A stretch of DNA of 64,000 bases from the NCBI GenBank assembly GCA_965652295.1, contig CBFGTS010000008.1:151332-215331 (forward strand), given 5' to 3'. This DNA is from an uncultured Haloferula sp. Lineage in GTDB: Bacteria; Verrucomicrobiota; Verrucomicrobiia; Verrucomicrobiales; Akkermansiaceae. This document shows, one piece after another, positions 53,050 through 61,265 of this stretch. Position numbers and translations under genes: made by a program. The notes beneath the pieces were generated by a model. The model ran no database searches and was not told the DNA's origin. It worked only from the letters and a program-made list of their open reading frames with translations. Position 1 is the stretch's first letter. Each line of letters opens with the position of its first letter.

Positions 53050-54335
53050 GGTTCAATCCACACCCCCTTGTGAGGGGCGACCCGGATCCGCGAACGGATC
53101 GAAGTCCTGGGTCGAGTTTCAATCCTCGCCCCTCGTGTGAGGGGCACCCCCGCTGTCGAAGATGCTCAGACCCGTTGCCATGTTTCAATCCGCGCCCCTC
53201 GCGTGAGGGGCGACTCTTCGTGCCAGTTGATGACGTTGACCGCCGGGTAGCTTCAATCCACGCCCCCTTGCGAGGGGCGACCCAAGTCGTGGAGCCCCAT
53301 GGGGAAGCGGTAGAGGTTTCAATCCACGCCCCCTTGCGAGGGGCGACTGCGGAAATCCCGCGTCCCCACCGCGTAGAGCGGGTTTCAATCCGCGCCCCTC
53401 GTGTGAGGGGCGACTGGTGTTCGGTTCGGCACGCAGCCGGGATTCGAGGTTTCAATCCACGCCCCCTTGTGAGGGGCGACCGCAGCCAAGTGGGCCGCCA
53501 AGCAGGACGCGAAAGTTTCAATCCACGCCCCCTTGTGAGGGGCGACCGAGTGCCCGCCGGCTGGGGCTGGTGTGGGACATGTTTCAATCCACGCCCCCTT
53601 GTGAGGGGCGACCGAGAGGACGCTGACTGCCATCGCGGACCATCCTGTTTCAATCCACGCCCCCTTGTGAGGGGCGACCAGATCCAGCCGCCACGCCTCG
53701 CCCGCCTTGAAGTTTCAATCCACGCCCCCTTGTGAGGGGCGACTGGTCTTGCGTTTCGGTTTGGTGGCCATGGTAGTGTTTCAATCCACGCCCCCTTGTG
53801 AGGGGCGACTACCGGAGATTTCTCTGCGGTTCTGCCCGCGCTGTTTCAATCCAGGCCCCCTTGTGAGGGGCGACGTTGCAGGGATGGCGGTGCGATCCAG
53901 CGTCTTGTTTCAATCCACGCCCCCTTGTGAGGGGCGACCGCATGCGCAGAGCTTCCTGCACTGCCGGGGCGTCGTTTCAATCCACGCCCCCTTGTGAGGG
54001 GCGACCCTAATCCTATCAGGCAACAATTGAATCAGCGAACGGTTTCAATCCACGCCCCCTTGTGAGGGGCGACTTAGAAACTTCCGGGGGAGTAACAACC
54101 GAGTCTCGGTTTCAATCCACGCCCCCTTGTGAGGGGCGACGAGGCCCGCGCCAGCCGTTGGCCGACTGGAACTGTTTCAATCCACGCCCCCTTGTGAGGG
54201 GCGACATAATAACGAAATACTTGCCGAATGTGATGAAGTTTCAATCCACGCCCCCTTGTGAGGGGCGACTGAGTGAGGAGCGTGCGATGCAGCTGGTGAG
54301 GGAGTTTCAATCCACGCCCCCTTGTGAGGGGCGAC
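53050..54335 (-). CRISPR. Type I-C CRISPR array, 20 repeats / 19 spacers (32-36 nt)
   Basis: Consensus on the minus strand GTCGCCCCTCACAAGGGGGCGTGGATTGAAAC (32 nt); variant repeats are concentrated at the low-coordinate (trailer) end. Confidence 0.98.
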
Positions 54336-54519
54336 GGCGGAACTCTGAACCCGCTTGCCATCAATGACAAGCAGTCGTGGTTCCGCGAAGGTCGCGATCC
54401 GGCGGGATCAGCCGCCTGCGACTTCCTGTTTGATCATGTCAAAGATCTCAAAACCAACGACTTGAGAAGATCGCGAACCGACCGGGGTTTTCGTGATCGA
54501 TTCGGGTTCGCGGAAGTCG
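54336..54519 (-). promoter_or_regulatory. CRISPR leader
   Basis: Non-coding stretch between cas2 and the first consensus repeat, with GCGAAC(C)/TTCGCG motifs resembling those of I-C leaders. Confidence 0.75.
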
Positions 54520-54810
54520 TTAGAGAATCAGCGGGCCATCGACGTCGTAGCCGTCCCTGGCTCCATGGTGCTCGACTTTGTGATGCCAGTTCGAGCCAAG
54601 ATGATAGAAACGCAGGGAATCGGTTTCCGGGTCGATGAGATCAAGCAGTCGCCCCTTCAAGGCGGCGAGCTGACCGGGATCGACCTTGCACTCGAAAACG
54701 GAGTTCTGCACCCGCTGACCGTAGTCGAGGCAGATCTTCGCCACCCGCCGGAGCCTCGTCCTGCCCTTTGGGGTGGTCGTGGAGACATCGTAGGTGACAA
54801 GGACGTACAT
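54520..54810 (-). CDS. cas2: CRISPR-associated Cas2
   Basis: 'VLVTYDV', '[11 protein letters not shown]', 'DSLRFYHLG'. Confidence 0.97.
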   Translation of the reverse strand: MYVLVTYDVSTTTPKGRTRLRRVAKICLDYGQRVQNSVFECKVDPGQLAALKGRLLDLIDPETDSLRFYHLGSNWHHKVEHHGARDGYDVDGPLIL

Positions 54811-54843
54811 GGGAAAGTTTGAAGCGCTGAAAGCGACGAGAGA

Positions 54844-55884
54844 TCAGCGGCTGAGGAATGCCGGATAGGCATCGAGGTCGCCGCGGAGGTGGCGGGCGAG
54901 GAGACGGGCTTGCAGGTGGGGAAGGAGACCGAGGGTGGTTTTTTCGTCGAGGAAGGGGTGAAGGATCTCGTCCTGTTTCCGCTCTTGCCAAGCTTGGAGC
55001 ACGAGCTTTCGAGACCCTTCCTTGAGCAGCACCGCTCCATTTTCCTTCGTTTCGAAATCACCGCTCTGAAGCTGTTTCCGGTTGAAGAGGGACAGTGCGA
55101 GCCGGTCCGCGAAATAGGCGCGGAATTCTTCCATGAGGTCGAGTGCGAGGGACGGACGGCCGGGGCGGTCGCGGTGGAGAAATCCGCATTGGGGATCGAG
55201 CCCGCAGCTCTCCAGCGCACTGCGGCAGTCGTGGGTCAGCAGGCTGTAGAGAAAGGAAAGCAGGGCGTTGACGGGATCGAGCGGCGGTCGGCGGCTGCGC
55301 CCGCTCATGCGGATGGATGGATCGTGGTTGGTGAAAAGATGGGGGAAGGCGGCGAAGTAGAAGGAGGCGCAGTCGCCTTCGATCCCGCGTAGGGAGTCGA
55401 GGCTCGTGGCACGGGGAACCATCCGGAGGCGATTGGCGAGTTTGTCGGCGGCGGCAATGAGGATGGCGGCGCCTTCGGGGTTCTTGGTGCCGTGATCGCG
55501 GGCGGCGCGTTGGAGGACGCTGCGGCTGTTGGCGATCTTGGCGGAAATGACGTTCGCTGCGATCGCCACGGATGCCGGCTCGTGGTCGGCGCGGCGGTAC
55601 TGTTCACGCCGTAGCAGGATGTTTCCCGAGGTGAAGCCGTTGGTGCAGGCGAGAAATTTCCCGTGGGGATTGTGCAGGCTGAGGGAGACTCCGGCGTCGG
55701 CACATGCGGCCATGAGGGAGGCGGAGAGGGTGGTATCCCAGGCGAGGGTGACGATGCCGTCGAGATTGTGAAACGGTACACGCAGCCGGGTTTCGCCCTC
55801 GTGGCGGATCTCGACTGCTGCGCCGTCCTTGCGGAGATAGGCTCCTTCAAGAGTGACGAAGAGCGTGTTGAGGTGGCGCTTCAT
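54844..55884 (-). CDS. cas1: Cas1 (I-C)
   Basis: 'MKRHLNTLFVT', 'RGIEG', 'RRPPLDPVNALLSF', 'GFLH', 'SLALDLMEEFR'. Confidence 0.97.
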   Translation of the reverse strand: MKRHLNTLFVTLEGAYLRKDGAAVEIRHEGETRLRVPFHNLDGIVTLAWDTTLSASLMAACADAGVSLSLHNPHGKFLACTNGFTSGNILLRREQYRRADHEPASVAIAANVISAKIANSRSVLQRAARDHGTKNPEGAAILIAAADKLANRLRMVPRATSLDSLRGIEGDCASFYFAAFPHLFTNHDPSIRMSGRSRRPPLDPVNALLSFLYSLLTHDCRSALESCGLDPQCGFLHRDRPGRPSLALDLMEEFRAYFADRLALSLFNRKQLQSGDFETKENGAVLLKEGSRKLVLQAWQERKQDEILHPFLDEKTTLGLLPHLQARLLARHLRGDLDAYPAFLSR

Positions 55885-55905
55885 GGGCGACGATGGGGGT
55901 TGGAA

Positions 55906-56541
55906 TTACGAAGACGGGAGCTGGGAGTTGATTCGACTCGAGAACCATGCGGCGGCTCCGCGTTTGAAGCGCAGGGACTTGGGTTTGCAGAGGTCGAGCA
56001 GCGAGCAGGCGTCGCAGCGTTTGGCGTCGTATTCGGCGATGGGCGTCAGTCGGGTCTCCATCATTTCATGCAGAGAAGCGGCGAGGCCGTTGGTGAGGGA
56101 GCGGAGCGTCTGATCGAGAACGACGTCCTTGCGGCGCCGGGTTTTGCCATAGAAGAGGAGCCCGAGGGGGATCTCGATGCCGAGCATTTCCTCAAGCGCC
56201 ATGGCCTGGGCGCAGACCTGCACTTCGTCGGCGCGATGGGCCTTGGGTTTGCCGCGTTTGTATTCGATCGGTAGTACGGCGCCGTCGGCGTGGAACTCGA
56301 CCACGTCGCACTGGCCGGAGAGGCCGAGCTTTCGAGAGGCGACCGGCAGCCCCCGGGTGATGCGGACCCCGGGTCGCGATTCGTCCGGGCCGTCGTGAGC
56401 GCGGGCGTGCATCTGGTTGCCCTCCACGGTGAACTTGTTCTCCGCCCAGACCTGCTCCAAATGGATCAGCGCGCACTGCCTCGGGCAGTAGAGGAAATGC
56501 TGAAGCGCGGAAAGGGGAAGCAGGTCGGCCTCGGCGATCAT
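55906..56541 (-). CDS. cas4: Cas4
   Basis: 'YCPRQCAL', 'DVVEF...IEYKRG', 'QVCAQA', 'CDACSLLDLC'. Confidence 0.96.
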   Translation of the reverse strand: MIAEADLLPLSALQHFLYCPRQCALIHLEQVWAENKFTVEGNQMHARAHDGPDESRPGVRITRGLPVASRKLGLSGQCDVVEFHADGAVLPIEYKRGKPKAHRADEVQVCAQAMALEEMLGIEIPLGLLFYGKTRRRKDVVLDQTLRSLTNGLAASLHEMMETRLTPIAEYDAKRCDACSLLDLCKPKSLRFKRGAAAWFSSRINSQLPSS

Positions 56542-56604
56542 GGAAGGGCGGCTTCGAGGTGGGCGTGGTCGGAGGGCATGGGGGGATTCTACTTGGTCGC
56601 TTGC

Positions 56605-56922
56605 TTAGTCGCTTGCTTGGTCGGAAACGATTTGCTTCCAGCGCTCCATGGGTATGAAGACAGGATTCTCGTCGCCCGCTATTTCAGGGTCCCAAGCCCA
56701 CCAGTCCCCGGCGATCTCGGCGAGTATGCGGAGATCTTGTGAAATCTCACGCCGGACTTGCCCCGACGGGCTGTTGTCATCGTCGGGGACGTCCCACAGG
56801 ACATACTCAAGTCCGCTGAGCCAGTCGGCACAGTGAAAGTCCTCCGAATATTGGCGCATGCGGCGAAGGAGAACCTCCTGCGCAAGCTCGGCGCGGGTGG
56901 GGCCTGGCGGGATGGAGGACAT
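56605..56922 (-). CDS. Hypothetical 105-aa protein inside the cas operon
   Basis: ATG 3 nt after the cas7 stop on the same strand; 'SEDFHCADWLSGLEYVLW'. Confidence 0.65.
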   Translation of the reverse strand: MSSIPPGPTRAELAQEVLLRRMRQYSEDFHCADWLSGLEYVLWDVPDDDNSPSGQVRREISQDLRILAEIAGDWWAWDPEIAGDENPVFIPMERWKQIVSDQASD

Positions 56923-56925
56923 GAG

Positions 56926-57777
56926 TCAGAGGCGTTCGATAATTTCGACGCCGTCGGGGATGACGGAGCGGTCGATCTCCACGATGTAGTCTGAAATGGA
57001 ACGAGCGACTTCGACCTCAGGCTTGCGCGTGATTTTGACGGCGTCGAAGAGCTTGTGGCTCGGTGCGGCCCCAAGGGCGCTGCTGTGCTTGAAGACGATC
57101 AAGCCACGGGGATTCATGCTTCCGGCGGGACGGGCGGCGGACTGATCGAACTGGAATGCGTTTTCGAGCGCGGTGAAGAGGAGTTCGAGGTCCTCGTCGT
57201 CAAAGCCGGTTTGCGTTGCCAGGAAGGGGTTCACGAAGCCCTGGGCCTTGTAGAGGCCGTAGGGGATGGTGAACTTGCGGCCCATGGTGCGCTCTTTCTC
57301 GATGTCCTTCTCATTGGTCACCGAGGTGCGGGTGATGGCGTGCTCGCTAGAGACGATGGGATCGATGGAGCGAGCGAAGGAGATCTGGACAGGGCCTCGG
57401 ACCTGACCGCAGTTCACCTCGGTCGACATGACGGCTCCGAAGGTTCGGATATCGTAGTAGTTTTGGCACATCCAGGCGGTGGCTCTGTCCTTGATCTCCG
57501 GTTTGACCTTCTTGTCGGGCTTCTCACCGATAGCCTCGTAGGCTTTCTTGTGCTGGAGATTATGAACGGCTCCTTCGGTGAAGTAGATGCGCTTGCCGTC
57601 TTTCCCCTCGCCAGTCATGGCGACGAAATTGCGAATCTTGCGTTTGAGGCAGACGTCGGTGACGAGACCTTGGCCGGACTCGACGTCGATGCGGGGAAGG
57701 TTGCCGGCATCGGGATCGCCATTGGGGTTGGCGTCCTGGGCGTCGAAGAGGAAGAGGAAGTCGTAACGATGGTTCAT
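56926..57777 (-). CDS. cas7: Cas7c/Csd2
   Basis: '[15 protein letters not shown]', '[10 protein letters not shown]', 'DIRTFGAV', 'TMGRK'. Confidence 0.97.
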   Translation of the reverse strand: MNHRYDFLFLFDAQDANPNGDPDAGNLPRIDVESGQGLVTDVCLKRKIRNFVAMTGEGKDGKRIYFTEGAVHNLQHKKAYEAIGEKPDKKVKPEIKDRATAWMCQNYYDIRTFGAVMSTEVNCGQVRGPVQISFARSIDPIVSSEHAITRTSVTNEKDIEKERTMGRKFTIPYGLYKAQGFVNPFLATQTGFDDEDLELLFTALENAFQFDQSAARPAGSMNPRGLIVFKHSSALGAAPSHKLFDAVKITRKPEVEVARSISDYIVEIDRSVIPDGVEIIERL

Positions 57778-57812
57778 GTTCGGTGGTTCAGGTGGAGGTT
57801 TTAGAAGAAGGT

Positions 57813-59621
57813 TCAAACAGTGGTGGTCTCGGGTTCAAGCTGTTCGGTGGTGCTGTTGGACGTGAACAGGGATCTGCGCTGGTGGTAGTAGCCTAAGATG
57901 AACCGGCCTTGCTCAATGAGCGTGTGGGTCTTCTTGGTTCCGGAGAGATCCCATTTGATGTCTCCGACCATCTGCTCGAACTGGATGCGACGGCCAGGGT
58001 TCAGATGGCGTTGGTGGTGAACCGACAATGTTTCCAAACGAGGGAACACCGCTGCCGGGGTCGCGCAGGCGCTTGAGAAATACTTTTCCTTTATGGTGTG
58101 TTCGAGTTTGCGTTGGGTCTGGGCGTAGTGGCCTTCCTCTTGGATTTTTTCCAGAACGGCGAAGAGTCGACCGTGGCGGTAGGCGGAATCTGGGTTGGTC
58201 GGGTCTAGCATGACGGTGATGGTTTGGTTGTGATTTCTGACAAGCACGGCTTTGATGGCGGCGGCGCGGAGATAATTGATGGTGTGATCGGCATGGATCC
58301 GGCGGATGATGGCGGCGAATAGACCTTCGGGGTAGAGGCCGCCTTCGATGATCGCTCTGGCATAGGCTCCGCCAAGTAGTGGTGGGATCTTATCGCGATC
58401 AGGTTTGCCGCCTTTCGGCGGTGGAGTCTGATCAAGGATTCGCCAGATGGCGGGAAACTCGGGATCGGGAAAGCCTTTTCCTGTCTGATCGTTGAACTGC
58501 CGCACGATCTCAAGACACCGATGGTGATCGTGGAGCTTGCCGATCAGATCCGAGATGGTGGAGCGGTGAAAGAAGCGGATGGAGAATCGACCTGGGTTAG
58601 GCTGTTCAAGTCCGAGAATGAAAAAGGGTGTCTCAGGGTCACCGAATTCCTGGTATTTACCACCGCTTTTGATCGCCGCCAGAAGTCTGGAGATTTGGTC
58701 CAAGCGGTTCTGGTCCTGCGATTCCGTTCGCGACGACGATGGTTCCTCAAAGACTTCCGCAAAGACGCTCTCAAAAATGGTTTTCTCCTTGGTCCAGTGG
58801 ACGACCGTTGTGTCCGCGATTCGAGTTCGATGTCGATTTCGCATCGGGCCGTCGGTCAACGCGTTGAGGGCGGTTGCATAACGGAAGGCAGCCGATTCGC
58901 TGACAGGGCAGTTCTCGGTTTTGCTCAAACCGTAGGACTCGTAAGAAGAGTTCTCCTGGATGCCGACAAGGGCGACAGAGCTTTTGAATCCCTTAATGTC
59001 GGGATGAATCCTGCAAATCGAGCTGACTGCACCGGTTACCAAGCACTGGGACGCTTCCGAAGGGTCTTTGCTGTTCTGGTGCGAGATCCACCAGCTTCTC
59101 ACTGGCGGGTGTTCATGGATGCCTACTTTCTCTTCCTGAAGGACCCAGATGCCGAAATTGGTGCCAATTTCTGATAGCTTCGCCAATTCATTGGCGACCT
59201 CGGGTGATTGTTGTTCGGTTTGCCATTTCTCAAGGAATCGGCAAACCGAAGAGTAGCCGAGGTCCATGATCTCCGCCTCTTTCGCCAGATGAGTGGTTTT
59301 GAACGCTTCGAAACATTCCTTTGCCGCGTTTTGCTTTTCAGGGACTGACGTCCAGCCGAGCATGTATTCCGGCTTGTCGCAGAGAAACTGTGATTTCACT
59401 CCGCTCGTTCGCTTCTCGTGCGCAGGGACCTCTTGCCGATCCGGAATGGCTCTACCTCGGTCGCTTTTGATTCGCGCGTCCTCGATTTGGACGAGGGAGC
59501 CGTCGGGCCGGATGCGAATGCGGAAGCTGATCTTTTGCGGGGAGAAGCCGGGCGGGGCGATCTCGTAGGTGGGATCGTCGGCGAGGCGGGCGTAGAGGTC
59601 GTTAAGGGCTTGGAGGATCAT
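57813..59621 (-). CDS. cas8c: Cas8c/Csd1 (C-terminus probably also encodes Cas11 from the internal ATG at 58211)
   Basis: '[10 protein letters not shown]', 'CLVTG', '[11 protein letters not shown]', '[11 protein letters not shown]'. Confidence 0.95.
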   Translation of the reverse strand: MILQALNDLYARLADDPTYEIAPPGFSPQKISFRIRIRPDGSLVQIEDARIKSDRGRAIPDRQEVPAHEKRTSGVKSQFLCDKPEYMLGWTSVPEKQNAAKECFEAFKTTHLAKEAEIMDLGYSSVCRFLEKWQTEQQSPEVANELAKLSEIGTNFGIWVLQEEKVGIHEHPPVRSWWISHQNSKDPSEASQCLVTGAVSSICRIHPDIKGFKSSVALVGIQENSSYESYGLSKTENCPVSESAAFRYATALNALTDGPMRNRHRTRIADTTVVHWTKEKTIFESVFAEVFEEPSSSRTESQDQNRLDQISRLLAAIKSGGKYQEFGDPETPFFILGLEQPNPGRFSIRFFHRSTISDLIGKLHDHHRCLEIVRQFNDQTGKGFPDPEFPAIWRILDQTPPPKGGKPDRDKIPPLLGGAYARAIIEGGLYPEGLFAAIIRRIHADHTINYLRAAAIKAVLVRNHNQTITVMLDPTNPDSAYRHGRLFAVLEKIQEEGHYAQTQRKLEHTIKEKYFSSACATPAAVFPRLETLSVHHQRHLNPGRRIQFEQMVGDIKWDLSGTKKTHTLIEQGRFILGYYHQRRSLFTSNSTTEQLEPETTTV

Positions 59622-60343
59622 GCGCGGACGGGGAAAGGGAGTTCGGGGACCGAGATGATGCCGTCGGTCATGGAGGCGCGGAAGAAGTGTGGGGTGGTGG
59701 AGCGGACGTTCTTGGTGGCCCGGTCCTGATCGAACTCGATGTCATGGAGCATGAAGCCGAGGTCCTTTTCGCCTCCGAACGACTCGTGGGGTGAGGGGAG
59801 GTCGGACTCATTCTCGATGAGCTCGAAACGGACAGGGAACTCTCGGCACCCGAAGTAGGGCTGGTGGAAGGCCTGACCCTTGCGTGCGCGGCGTTTGAAC
59901 ATGTCGAGGTGCTTGCCGATGGCCTCGCTCTCCGGTGACGGCGAGTCGTCCTTCTCCGGGCGGGAATCGAGGATATGGACGTGGGCCCTGATGAGGTAGG
60001 CAACGTCCTTGAGCAGGAGGGAGGCGCGTTGCTGGCGGTTTTCGGCGACATCCATGGTGGGGCGAATGTCAGGATCGCGCATGGCCGCGTTGACACCCGT
60101 GCCGCCTTTGACCGGGATCTTGGAGGAAACCTCATTGCGGCGGATGTTGGTGAAGCGGATGGGGTTGAGGACGTGGATTTCGTCGATGATCCAGCGGATC
60201 TGGGGCTTCCAGTAGATGGCTTCGAGAATGCCGCGGGCGGCGGAAGGGGTAATCACGTCGTAGGAGACACGCTCGACCTTCATTTCGGGACGGCTGAAGA
60301 GGGCATAGTCGCCGGAGACTTTGAGGTGGATGCCGTAGTTCAT
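59618..60343 (-). CDS. cas5c: Cas5c (Cas5d), crRNA-processing subunit
   Basis: '[34 protein letters not shown]', 'PYFGCREF', 'DLGFMLHD'. Confidence 0.97.
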   Translation of the reverse strand: MNYGIHLKVSGDYALFSRPEMKVERVSYDVITPSAARGILEAIYWKPQIRWIIDEIHVLNPIRFTNIRRNEVSSKIPVKGGTGVNAAMRDPDIRPTMDVAENRQQRASLLLKDVAYLIRAHVHILDSRPEKDDSPSPESEAIGKHLDMFKRRARKGQAFHQPYFGCREFPVRFELIENESDLPSPHESFGGEKDLGFMLHDIEFDQDRATKNVRSTTPHFFRASMTDGIISVPELPFPVRA

Positions 60344-60357
60344 GGGCTGGATGGGGC

Positions 60358-60392
60358 TTGATTTGATGGCAATCTGATGTCAGTTTGCAGTC
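60358..60392 (+). promoter_or_regulatory. Putative leaderless antitoxin promoter with operator-like repeats
   Basis: TTGATT-N17-CAGTTT ends 6 nt before the GTG start and overlaps TGATGGCA/TGATGTCA repeats. Confidence 0.35.
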
Positions 60393-60647
60393 GTGGCGAC
60401 GTTGACGATACGAAATGTGCCGGATGAATTGCACCGATGGCTCAGGGAGCAGGCGAAGCGGAATCGCCGCAGCCTGAACCAAGAGGTGATTGCGGAACTT
60501 GCGATGAGAGTAGGATTGGCGGATGAAGAGGCGAAAAAAGAGAGGGTGCGGAAAATGACAGCCCTCGCAGAAGATCTGAGGAGAGAGCTTGGTGCCCCCC
60601 TGTCTGCTGAACAGATCCGAGCAGGGATTGAGCAGGGTCGAAGGTGA
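60393..60647 (+). CDS. FitA/Arc-like ribbon-helix-helix antitoxin
   Basis: 'MATLTIRNVPDELHRWLREQAKRNRRSLNQEVIAEL'. Confidence 0.9.
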   Translation: MATLTIRNVPDELHRWLREQAKRNRRSLNQEVIAELAMRVGLADEEAKKERVRKMTALAEDLRRELGAPLSAEQIRAGIEQGRR

Positions 60648-60655
60648 TTTTTGCC

Positions 60656-60697
60656 TTCACTGAATCTATGCTAAAAAGGATGGGGTTGACTTTGCAA
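60656..60697. promoter_or_regulatory. TTC PAM and partial protospacer for the crRNA-like unit, overlapping predicted promoter elements
   Basis: TTC-ACTGAATCTATGCTAAAAAGG; minus-strand TTGCAA-N18-TAGCAT; plus-strand TATGCT. Confidence 0.75.
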
Positions 60698-60719
60698 TCC
60701 GAAAAGGCAGGATGCGGAC

Positions 60720-61136
60720 GTGATTGTCGTGGATTGCACTGTCATCGCGGATTTTTTCATCGCGGAAGCTGGAGACCAACGGGCTGCTCAACGGCTATTG
60801 GAAAAAGATGCGGACTGGATTTCGCCGATGTTGTGGCGCTATGAATTCGGGAACGTTCTGCGCACTCAGGTCCGTGGAGGACGGCTGTCCGCGGAGTTGA
60901 TGTCGCGCTACCTGCGAGCGGGGGAAGGTTTGGTGGTCGATAGTGTGGTGGAATTGGACGTCGTGGCCGTTGGAGAAATGGCCAACGAACGGGGGCTGTC
61001 GTTTTACGATGCGAGCTACGTGTGGCTGGCGCGGGAGCGGGGGCTCCCCTTTTATTCCCGGGATGGGAAACTTTGGAGGAAATGCCCCGACCTTGTGACC
61101 CACATGGATTCGCTTGGTCGAGCGTCTCCCGGCTAG
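60720..61136 (+). CDS. vapC: VapC-family PIN-domain toxin
   Basis: 'MIVVDCTV', 'YEFGNVL', 'LSFYDASYVWLA', 'SRD': acidic PIN residues are intact. Confidence 0.92.
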   Translation: MIVVDCTVIADFFIAEAGDQRAAQRLLEKDADWISPMLWRYEFGNVLRTQVRGGRLSAELMSRYLRAGEGLVVDSVVELDVVAVGEMANERGLSFYDASYVWLARERGLPFYSRDGKLWRKCPDLVTHMDSLGRASPG

Positions 61137-61137
61137 A

Positions 61138-61242
61138 GTCGGCACCCTGCATGCAACGGGTTCCGCGGATTGAAACACTGAGTCTATCGCTAACAAGGTC
61201 AGTGGCGAGGCGGGGCGTCCTTCGGGATGCCCCGCCGGTTTT
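61138..61242 (+). ncRNA. Solitary repeat-spacer crRNA-like RNA (CreA/CreR-like)
   Basis: Pseudo-repeat GTCGGCACCCTGCATGCAACGGGTTCCGCGGATTGAAAC (61138-61176), 32-nt spacer (61177-61208), 12-bp hairpin with a TTCG loop (61209-61236), then GGTTTT. Confidence 0.85.
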
Positions 61243-61265
61243 CCATGTGGCGGGAGAAGGGTTCA

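Noticed and set aside
53082..54303. Self-targeting by array spacers
   Set aside because: No match to this window was noticed by eye. The check was not exhaustive; a BLASTN against the genome and phage databases is needed.
52883..54370. ORFs with periodic peptides (SPLTRGRGLK, FQSTPPCEGR)
   Set aside because: These are translations of the CRISPR repeats.
60644..60844. 66-aa ORF starting at the antitoxin stop
   Set aside because: It overlaps vapC out of frame and has no motif; better explained by the duplicated GTGATT junction.
61209..61242. Hairpin as merely a terminator between convergent vapC and cas3
   Set aside because: It may well terminate transcription, but that alone does not explain the upstream repeat handle, the spacer-length gap or the PAM-adjacent match.
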